Of a stretch of 16,546 nucleotides of DNA, positions 1 through 8,300 are shown piece by piece. Every line of letters starts with the position of its first letter. The first letter of the stretch is position 1. Source of the DNA: Elusimicrobiota bacterium. Its GTDB lineage: Bacteria; CG03; SLGR01; JAGXOG01. Location: NCBI GenBank assembly GCA_051745145.1, contig JBNJDT010000036.1, positions 1 through 16,546 of the forward strand. The letters run 5' to 3'. The position numbers and the translations under genes were made by a program. Under the pieces are notes generated by a model, which was given only the letters and a program-made list of their open reading frames with translations, ran no database searches and was not told the origin of the DNA.

Positions 1-125
1 AATGAAAAAAATTTATACAAATAAAAAATTAATTTTTTTTCTAAAATTTTTTATAAATTTTAAAGATAATTAAACTGTCGAACAAGTTTTTAAAATGTCC
101 CTTAAAGTAATATAAAGGAAAAACC

Positions 126-2345
126 ATGAAAAAATGGAAGATAAAATTAGACGGCAATATTCACGGCCCCGTTGATTCGGAAAAGATAAAACAGTTTATC
201 CAAGAAGAAAAGATCACTTCTACTACAGAAATATCCCTTTTTGAAAAAGATAACTGGATGCTTGTTTCCACTACAAAAGAATTCGGTGGTTTTTTTGATG
301 AACAGACCGGTGATATGAAATGTCCGAACTGTCCCGATCATAAACTGGAGACCACTTTTACAAAGCAGGGAGTGGAGATCGATGTCTGTAAAGAATGCGG
401 CGGTATATGGCTTGATAAAGGGGAAATTTTTCATTTTGTAGCTAAGAACCCTCAGAAATTTCACGACCAGTTCTACAGTGCTATAAAAGAAGGAAAGCTC
501 ACTTCCAAAAAAAGTCCCAGAACCGGAAAAAATATGAAAGAGATAAAGTTGCTTGACGGAGATTTATTGGTGGATTTCTGCCCTGTTTCCAAAGGACTAT
601 GGTTTGACAGAAAAGAACTTGCAAAATTAACTAAGCATTTTGGTAAAGAGTTTAATTTAGAAAAAGATCAATTAAAGAAAAAGAAAGACGTTTCGGGTTT
701 ACCCCGGCTCCCCAGCCTGTTTTTAAGATCTACCGGTGTTCTTATCGGTCTGTATGCATTGGTGGTTCTATTTTTAATAATAGTGGCAAACTACACCGGT
801 TTGTCTGCCGGTGCTGCTCTAATTATTGGAGTAATAATCGTTGCTGTACAGTTCCTTCTTGGTCCTTTTATAACTGATATAGTACTTAAATGGTTTTACA
901 GTGTGCGATGGGTGAGACACTACAGTGAATTACCGGATTATCTGGCTAAATTTATCGAGAATACCGCGGCGGAAAAAAATATGAAAACCCCGCTGGTCGG
1001 AATTATTCAGGATAATTCCCCGAATGCATTTACCTACGGGCATACTCCGAATAATGCGAGAATAGTTATTACCAGAGGAATCCTTAAACTCCTGCAGGAA
1101 GATGAAGTAAAGGGAGTGGTAGCCCATGAGATCGGACATGCAAAACACTGGGATATGGCGATAATGACCGCCGCCCAGCTCGTACCCCTCATAATGTATT
1201 ACATTTATAGAACGGCTATTTCAATGAAAACCAGCAACAGACAGGCAAGAAAATTTAAGACTCCAATTATAATAGGCTCTTATATTGTTTATATAATTTC
1301 TGAATATATGGTACTCTGGCTGTCAAGAATACGGGAGTATTATGCGGACAGATTTGCCGGGAATGTTACGAGAAATCCCAATTCCCTGGCTTCGGCCCTG
1401 GTAAAAATAGGATACGGTATGGCCGGAAAGGACAAAGAGACTGAAGAAAAAGATAAAGATAGTAAAAGAAACAAGGCCCTGGATGCGGTGGGAAGCATGG
1501 GTATATTTGATCCCGAAAGTTCACAGGGAATGGCAGTTGCTTCCACTCCCTCGGTTTCAAGAGCCCAAAGTATGGGGAAAAAGGTCGATAAAAAAAATTT
1601 AAAAGGAGCCATGAGATGGGACCTCTGGAATCCCTGGGCAAAATATTATGAAATCAACTCCTCTCATCCTCTCATAGCTAAGAGGTTGAACCATTTAAGC
1701 AGCCAATCCCGGACTATGGGCAAGCCGGCCTATATAAACTTTGACGAGAAAAAACCCGAATCTTACTGGGATGAGTTTTTTGTGGATTTATTCATAAAGC
1801 TTCTTCCAGGTACTGTTTTTATAGGATTTAGCATCTGGTATGGAATTACTCAGAGTACTTTATTACTTGGGGCCGGCCTGGCCGCCCTGGGGATAGCAAA
1901 TTTTCTGAAATTAGTATTTTCTTATCAAAGTGATTTTTTTGCTCCGATGTCCGTGGTCTCTCTCCTTAAGAAAGTAAAGGTCTCGGCTGTAAGACCCGTA
2001 CCCTGCAAGGTAGAGGGCACCCTGATCGGTCGGGGTGTTCCCGGATTAATCTGGTCCGAAGATTTTATAATGCAGGATGAGACAGGAATAATTTTTGTGG
2101 ATTATAAGCAGCCCCTTCCTTTGTGGGATTTCTTTTTCGGACTTTTAAAAGGAAAAGAATATAAAAACAAGGAAGTTGAAATAAAGGGATGGTACAGAAG
2201 ATTTCCGGTCCCCAATATAGAAATCCGCGCTATTCGGCTCCCGAACGGTAAAAAGAAAAAATGCTATACCTATGATGCAAAATTAATAATTTCTGTACTG
2301 CTTTACCTTGCCGGAATGCTCGTTATAGCCTCAGCGATATTTTAA
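126..2345 (+). CDS. htpX: HtpX-like M48 membrane zinc metalloprotease with N-terminal GYF_2-like domain, two TFIIB-type zinc-ribbon repeats and a C-terminal membrane/beta extension
   Basis: 739-aa ORF with SD-like AAGGA at 115-119. M48 motifs: PNAFTYG, VVAHEIGH (HExxH at nt 1125-1139), SRIREYYAD, LASALVKI, SSHP. N-terminus W..GPV..IKQFI..W is GYF_2-like. CPNC...EIDVCKECGGIWLDKGE is zf-TFIIB-like, followed by a degenerate second copy. Several hydrophobic helices. Confidence 0.85.
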   Translation: MKKWKIKLDGNIHGPVDSEKIKQFIQEEKITSTTEISLFEKDNWMLVSTTKEFGGFFDEQTGDMKCPNCPDHKLETTFTKQGVEIDVCKECGGIWLDKGEIFHFVAKNPQKFHDQFYSAIKEGKLTSKKSPRTGKNMKEIKLLDGDLLVDFCPVSKGLWFDRKELAKLTKHFGKEFNLEKDQLKKKKDVSGLPRLPSLFLRSTGVLIGLYALVVLFLIIVANYTGLSAGAALIIGVIIVAVQFLLGPFITDIVLKWFYSVRWVRHYSELPDYLAKFIENTAAEKNMKTPLVGIIQDNSPNAFTYGHTPNNARIVITRGILKLLQEDEVKGVVAHEIGHAKHWDMAIMTAAQLVPLIMYYIYRTAISMKTSNRQARKFKTPIIIGSYIVYIISEYMVLWLSRIREYYADRFAGNVTRNPNSLASALVKIGYGMAGKDKETEEKDKDSKRNKALDAVGSMGIFDPESSQGMAVASTPSVSRAQSMGKKVDKKNLKGAMRWDLWNPWAKYYEINSSHPLIAKRLNHLSSQSRTMGKPAYINFDEKKPESYWDEFFVDLFIKLLPGTVFIGFSIWYGITQSTLLLGAGLAALGIANFLKLVFSYQSDFFAPMSVVSLLKKVKVSAVRPVPCKVEGTLIGRGVPGLIWSEDFIMQDETGIIFVDYKQPLPLWDFFFGLLKGKEYKNKEVEIKGWYRRFPVPNIEIRAIRLPNGKKKKCYTYDAKLIISVLLYLAGMLVIASAIF

Positions 2346-2400
2346 TTTACTCTAATTAACAGCGGACTGGGTATATAAATAGCCATATAAAATAATAAGT

Positions 2401-3231
2401 TTATTCTGATTTTAATTTTACTATAACCAGCTCGGGCCGATTAAAAAGCCTAACGGGTATTACGCTGTTTCCGAGTCCCCGGCTTACGATCATGGTTGTA
2501 TTGTCCTTTTTATATTTACCCTCTGTAAAATCCGGAAACAGGCCCTGATCCGGGGCCAGCAGTCCCCCTACTCCGGGTAGACGGAACTGTCCCCCGTGGG
2601 CATGACCGGTTAAGACAAGTTCAACTCCTTCTTTTGCATAGATTTTAAAAAGTTCGGGACGGTGAGACAAAAGTAGAGTAAAAATATCAAATTTCACCAG
2701 GGCAGAAAGTTTATCTTCAAATGCTTTCTTATTTTCACTGACAAGACTAAAATCGGCAAGTCCGACTAAATTGATAATCGCCCCGTCTCTCTTGATTTCT
2801 AGCAGTCGGTTGTCCAGTACGGTAACGCCGTTCTCACTTAAAAATTCAATCAGTGGAGCATACACTCCCGGCCGGGTATCGTGATTACCCGATACAAAAT
2901 AGACCGGCGCTATATCCCGCAGCTTCTCAAGATATAAAAAATCCTTTGAGAAACTTTTATTAAAACCACCGATTAAATCTCCGGTAATAACTATAATATC
3001 CGGAGATGCCGAGTTAATTTTATTGATCAATCGATTTTGATTTTGCCCAAAAAACTTGCCGTGAAGGTCTGAAACCTGAGCTATCGTAAATCCGTCAAAT
3101 GCTTTATCCACACCCCGGCTGTGTTTATAATGGCTCAAAACAATATAGTTGTTCTGCCAGTACAGAAAGACCGCAAGAAAAACTACAGCTGCACATATAA
3201 TACCTATTTTAAGTAGTCTTTTATTTATCAT
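2401..3231 (-). CDS. Membrane-anchored calcineurin-like metallophosphoesterase (YkuE/YaeI-like)
   Basis: All five metallophosphoesterase motifs are present: SDLH, TGD, GNHD, LSH, GHAHGGQ; also VSRGLG and RPE. N-terminal hydrophobic anchor. Confidence 0.92.
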   Translation of the reverse strand: MINKRLLKIGIICAAVVFLAVFLYWQNNYIVLSHYKHSRGVDKAFDGFTIAQVSDLHGKFFGQNQNRLINKINSASPDIIVITGDLIGGFNKSFSKDFLYLEKLRDIAPVYFVSGNHDTRPGVYAPLIEFLSENGVTVLDNRLLEIKRDGAIINLVGLADFSLVSENKKAFEDKLSALVKFDIFTLLLSHRPELFKIYAKEGVELVLTGHAHGGQFRLPGVGGLLAPDQGLFPDFTEGKYKKDNTTMIVSRGLGNSVIPVRLFNRPELVIVKLKSE

Positions 3232-3468
3232 TATATTTTATTAATTAACCATTAACCGTTAAATTATTTAAGAATAATAACAGACAAAGTTAACTTATTC
3301 AATTACACGGCTGTGAATTAACTAAATATATTGCTTATACCGGTTACATTTTTCTTATAAAGGCAGTTCCTCAGCTTTTCTATATATTGTTGGATTGAAA
3401 TTATTGCCGTTTTTTTGTAAAAATTAAGTGTATGAGAATATAAATTATTTTTAGAGCGTCATTCACTT

Positions 3469-4968
3469 ATGAAAAGAAAAAAAATTTTTCCGATATTACT
3501 TATTATCATTTTCTCAACGGCCTGCTCATCCTCTTCCGATTCTGGGGCTAAGGAAAAAGTGATAAGAGAACCGGCAGTTTCCGGGCAGTTTTACCCTGAA
3601 AAACCCGGTAAATTAAACCGGATGGTAGATAAATATCTTACCGGAAAACCGGAAAATAAAAATTTAAATTTAGAGTCTATCTCCGGGCTTATTGTACCCC
3701 ACGCCGGCTATATTTATTCAGGTACGACGGCCGGAAAGACCTTTAGTACAGTAAAAGATAAAAGTTTTAAAACTGTTGTGCTCCTAGGACCCAGCCACCA
3801 TTACAAAATTGACAATCTTACGGCCTGCCGGCACGATGAATGGAAAACTCCTCTTGGTAATACAATGATAGACAAAAATTTAAATTCAAAAATTATAGAA
3901 AAAACAGGCGCCCGGGTAAATAATGAAGCCTTCAAAAACGAACATTCTCTTGAACTGCAGCTTCCTTTCCTGAGGAACACTCTTAAGGGGAATTTTAAGA
4001 TTGTCCCCCTTTTAACTAATGATTTAGATCTTGACAATATACAAAAAACTGCAAAGCTGATGGCAAAAATCTTAAAAAAACATGATGATATTCTAATAGT
4101 TATGTCGACAGATATGTCCCACTATTTTCCCCTTGAAAAAGCAAAAAAGATGGATCAGACTGTAATAAAAACTATTGAGGAATATAACCTGGCCCGTCTT
4201 GAAAAATTACTTAAAAATCGCACGGGACAACTTTGCGGCGGCGCCGCGGTTATGTTGGGAATGCAGACTTTAAAGTTACTGGGTACAAATAGAGCAATAA
4301 ATGTTGATTACTCCCATTCGGGAGAAATTTCGGGAAATAATTCAGAAGTAGTAGGATACGGAGGTTTTGTTATGACCGGTAAAAAAAATGAAAAAAAAGA
4401 AACACAATACAGGGTACTTACAGATTCTCAGCAAAAACAGTTACTTAATATTGCCAGAGAAACTCTGGAGAACTATGTTAGAAAAGACAAAAAGCCGCGT
4501 ATTAATACCGGCGATGAGGATTTACAGAAAAAAAGAGGCGTCTTTGTAACTTTAAATAAACAGAATCAACTGAGGGGCTGTATCGGCCATATTTTTCCGG
4601 TCGATAAACTCTACAAATCTGTAATTGATATGACGGTAAGCGCCGCTTCGGAAGATCCCCGGTTTAACCCTGTCCAACCGGAAGAACTGGAGGATATAAA
4701 TATAGAAATTTCAGTTTTAACAGTCCCCGAAGAAGTATCCGGTGCAGATAAAATAAAACTTGGGCGGGACGGAGTTATAGTTAAGAAAGGAATGCGACAG
4801 GGAGTTTATCTCCCCCAGGTAGCCGAAGAGACCGGCTGGAGTAAAGAAAAATTTTTAAGCAGTTTATGCAGTTCAAAAGCGGGCCTCAGTCCCGATGCCT
4901 GGAAAAAGAAAACAACAAAACTTCTTACTTTTCGGGCCCAGGTTTTCAGCGAAGAAAAAAATTATTAA
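3469..4968 (+). CDS. amrB: AmmeMemoRadiSAM protein B (Memo-like) fused to protein A (AMMECR1-like); predicted lipoprotein
   Basis: Memo motifs: REPAVSGQFYP, IVPHAGYIYSG, LGPSHH, EHSLELQLPFL, STDMSHY, LCGG, VVGYG. AMMECR1 motifs in the C-terminal ~180 aa: GVFVTL, LRGCIG, AASEDPRF, IEISVLT, YLPQV, KAGL. N-terminus MKRKK-IFPILLIIIF-STAC-SSSS resembles a signal peptidase II signal. Confidence 0.93.
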   Translation: MKRKKIFPILLIIIFSTACSSSSDSGAKEKVIREPAVSGQFYPEKPGKLNRMVDKYLTGKPENKNLNLESISGLIVPHAGYIYSGTTAGKTFSTVKDKSFKTVVLLGPSHHYKIDNLTACRHDEWKTPLGNTMIDKNLNSKIIEKTGARVNNEAFKNEHSLELQLPFLRNTLKGNFKIVPLLTNDLDLDNIQKTAKLMAKILKKHDDILIVMSTDMSHYFPLEKAKKMDQTVIKTIEEYNLARLEKLLKNRTGQLCGGAAVMLGMQTLKLLGTNRAINVDYSHSGEISGNNSEVVGYGGFVMTGKKNEKKETQYRVLTDSQQKQLLNIARETLENYVRKDKKPRINTGDEDLQKKRGVFVTLNKQNQLRGCIGHIFPVDKLYKSVIDMTVSAASEDPRFNPVQPEELEDINIEISVLTVPEEVSGADKIKLGRDGVIVKKGMRQGVYLPQVAEETGWSKEKFLSSLCSSKAGLSPDAWKKKTTKLLTFRAQVFSEEKNY

Positions 4969-5038
4969 TATACAAATAAAAATAAAAAAAATTTAGTAGT
5001 AAGACGCAGTTGTAGAAAAATAACCGGGAGGTTTTAAT

Positions 5039-5245
5039 ATGTTCGGAATAGGAATACAGGAACTTTTAATAATACTCTTAATTGCCCTTCTCATTTTTGG
5101 AGCAAAGAGAATACCCGAAATTGCCAGGGCTCTGGGAAAGGGTTTGGGAGCTTTTAAGAAGGGAATTAAGGAGTCAGAGGACGAAATAAAAGATTTAACA
5201 TCCGAAGAAAAAAAAGAAGACAAAAAAGAGGATAAAGACAAATAG
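5039..5245 (+). CDS. tatA: Twin-arginine translocase TatA/TatE subunit
   Basis: 68 aa: MFGIGIQELLIILLIALLIFGAKRIPEIARALGKGLGAFKKG (TM, FG hinge, amphipathic helix) with a charged tail. Strong SD GGGAGG just upstream. Confidence 0.96.
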   Translation: MFGIGIQELLIILLIALLIFGAKRIPEIARALGKGLGAFKKGIKESEDEIKDLTSEEKKEDKKEDKDK

Positions 5246-5375
5246 TACACCCAATTACGGTTTTTTAAAAAAATGGATAATACCTCCATTACCGGAAATA
5301 TTTTTAGCTTTTATGGCTTCTTCCCTGTTTTTTAAAGAGGCTTTTTGATGGTCCAAAAGACAATTAACTAAAACT

Positions 5376-8300
5376 ATGTTAGCTGCCGTATATTTTTGTT
5401 CTGGGGTATTATCGGTAATAACCCAGTCTCTCTTTATAAGGGAGTTTTTAAATACCTTCTACGGCAACGAACTTATATTTGGATTATTTTTCTTTACCTG
5501 GCTCTTATGGGTGGGAGCGGGGGCCTATACCGGGAGTAAATTAAAAGAAAAAATCACCTTAAAATTTTTTAATATATTTGTCCTGGTTTTACCCCTGCTG
5601 GGTTTTATACAATTAAATCTGGTCCGATTTTCCAGGTATTTTGTTCCCCTGGCTACCTCTGAACTTTTTCCTCCCCTTTACATTTTTCTCATAATATTTT
5701 TATTCTCAGCTCCGTTCTGTTTTACGGTAGGTATAATTTTCCCTCTGGGTATCTCTTACGGAAAAAAAGGTAATCTTAAAAAAGTCGCTCCCTACTATAT
5801 TGTTGATTCACTGGGAAGTCTTACAGGAGGTCTTTTATTTTCCCTGCTTTTGATAAAATTTTTCTCTCACGCGGCAGTATTTAATATACTTGCCGCACTG
5901 TATCTTATCACCGTTTTACTGGCCATCCCCCAAAAGTCAAAATTTTTTAAAACTTTCGCCAAAATAGTCCTGCTTTTTTTTATTCTCCAGGCCCTGCCCT
6001 TAAAATCCATAGATATATTCAGCTATACCGAGAAATTAAGGTGGAAAAAAATAAATCCGGCCTTTACAGTTAAAGAAAACCGGCACACCCCCTATCAAAA
6101 GCTCAGCATTATAAAATACAGGGATCAGTTCAGCCTCCTTTCCAATTCCAAAATAATAAGCACTTTAGGACTTGACAGCTACTACGCCCGGCTGAGCGCC
6201 CTTTACATGGCCCAGAAACCGGAGGCTAAAAATTTACTGGTAATAGGAACCGGGGCCGAGGGTCTTTTAGAAAAAATTTTAAATTACCGGGGAATAAACA
6301 GAATAGATTATCTGCGCCAGGATCCTGAGGCAATGGATTTGTTAAAAAAATATTTAAATAAAAAAAACAGGGATATCTTAAATTCCGATAAGATTTATTA
6401 CCATGCCGTAGACGGCCGGCGGTGGGTAAACGATCTGCCAAAGAAAGACTATTTCGATCTGGTGATAGTAAATACCGGCGAACCTTCCACGGCTTTGAAC
6501 AACCGGTATTACACAAAAGATTTTTACCAAAAGGTAGAGACCATGATGAAAAAAGACGGCGTACTGGTAACTTCCCTGTTATCCGCCTCAAACTACCTGG
6601 GCTGGTCGGCGGCCAACTATTCAGCTTCCACTTACCATACGCTGGGTTCCGTATTTTCAAATATCGGGGTGGTTCCCGGTGATACAAATATTTTCTTTGC
6701 CTCCCCCCAAAAAGAGATAACTTTAAACTGGAAAGCATTAAAACAGAGTTATAAAAATATTGACAACAATTACAGGTTTTACAATCCCGATAAGTTCAAA
6801 AGCTTACTGCCTCCCCGGAGGGTGAAAAAATTAAGAGATAAACTTTCCGAGACTAAGCCGCCTATTAACAGCGATCTTAAGCCGGTCACTTATTATTTAA
6901 ATATAATCTTATGGTCTGAATTTACTTCCCCGGGGATGTCCAATTTCCTTAAGATGCTGATGGAAAACGGAAAACATCTTTTTATTGTAATCGCAGCCGT
7001 TTTTTTCCTGTTCCGGATTTATTACGCCGCAAGACACAAAGAAAAGAGAGAAATCATAAAATTTAACGCCGCGATGGTGGTATTTCTTACCGGTCTTACG
7101 GCAATGGCCGCCCAGTTAATAATACTTTTCTCCTACCAGAATTTTTTGGGTCATGTCTATAAAAATATCGCCCTGTTCTCCTCCCTTTTTATGGGGGGAC
7201 TGGCCCTGGGCAGTTATCTGTCAAAAAAATATTTTCTAAACCGGAAAAATAACTATAAATATCTCGGTTTAGCTGAATTTATAATATGTTTATTTCTACT
7301 GTTTTTTGCATTTTACTACAGTGAAATAGCTAACCTGGGCCCGGCCGCCACAAACCTGGTGCTCCTCTCTTTTACCGTATTCGCAGGCGTATCAACCGGT
7401 TCTATTTTCCCCCTGGGAGTGGAACTATATAATTCCGCCGGAGGAAGAGTGCTTTCTTCTACGGGATTAATAGATTCTACCGATCACCTGGGGGCTGCCT
7501 GCGGGGCCCTGTTTGCCGGAACGCTGCTGGTTCCTCTTACCGGGGTAAGATTTTCACTTTTCTTTCTTGCGGGAATAAGCTTCCTGAGCGCCGTTACGGT
7601 TTTTAGTAAAAATTTAAAGTTAGTAAAAAAATTCACAGGAATCTATTCTTTTCCCTATATAAAAGCCTCTTATATAATGGCCGGAATTCTTACGGTATTA
7701 TTATTAACTACGTCTGTATTTAAAAAAACAGAACCGGACGAAGACCGGATAAGCGACTTTCCGGTAGAAAATCTGGTGGAAGGAGGCAGGGTAGAAAAAA
7801 TATCCGAGCCTTTCAAGCACTATACCGTAAAATCCGGCGAACAGTTAAAATACCGGATATTAAAAACCTCTAAAGTAGCGAAAAATATTACCGGATATAA
7901 CGGACCTGTAAATATGTTATTAATTCTTTCAGCTGACGGTAATATCGTGGATATAAAAGTGCTGTCCCACAGCGAAACTCCCGCCTACGTGAAAGGTAAA
8001 CTGGCGGGGTATCTACAAAATTTTAAAGAAAAAAATATTTTTCGGGACTCTTTTAAGCAAGAAGATATAGAGGCAATAACCTCGGCCACAGTAACATCAG
8101 AGGCAATAAGAAAATCTGTGGTCAAGGTAAAGAAAAATTTCACCCAACCGGATACGAAAGAAAAGCCCAGGACATTTGCCGCTAAAATTATCTGGTGGTT
8201 TATTATAATAACAGCCGGGATAATTTTTTATCTTTTTTTCCCTATTTCCCTTAGATATATATTACTGGGTATCTCTGCGGTGGTCCTCGGATTCCATTTT

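Noticed and set aside
23..38. Perfect 16-bp palindrome AAAAAATTAATTTTTT upstream of the first gene
   Set aside because: Low-complexity A/T sequence in a very AT-rich stretch; likely chance.
147..1641. Minus-strand ORFs 147-464, 930-1148, 1340-1612 and 1366-1641
   Set aside because: Antisense shadows of the well-supported M48 protease gene; no motifs.
4381..4398. Two A8 runs in the AmrB-AmrA linker as phase-variation sites
   Set aside because: The frame is intact, and Lys-codon A runs are common throughout this AT-rich window.
3801..5289. Minus-strand ORFs 3801-4037 and 4993-5289
   Set aside because: Antisense to amrB-A and tatA; no recognisable features.
5246..5340. Possible SAM riboswitch or terminator between tatA and the large gene
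   Set aside because: No recognisable riboswitch consensus or convincing GC-rich hairpin by eye; an Rfam/Infernal scan would be needed.
6226..6738. ORFs 6226-6738 (-) and 6422-6682 (+)
   Set aside because: Nested in the 1165-aa gene in other frames, with atypical composition and no motifs.
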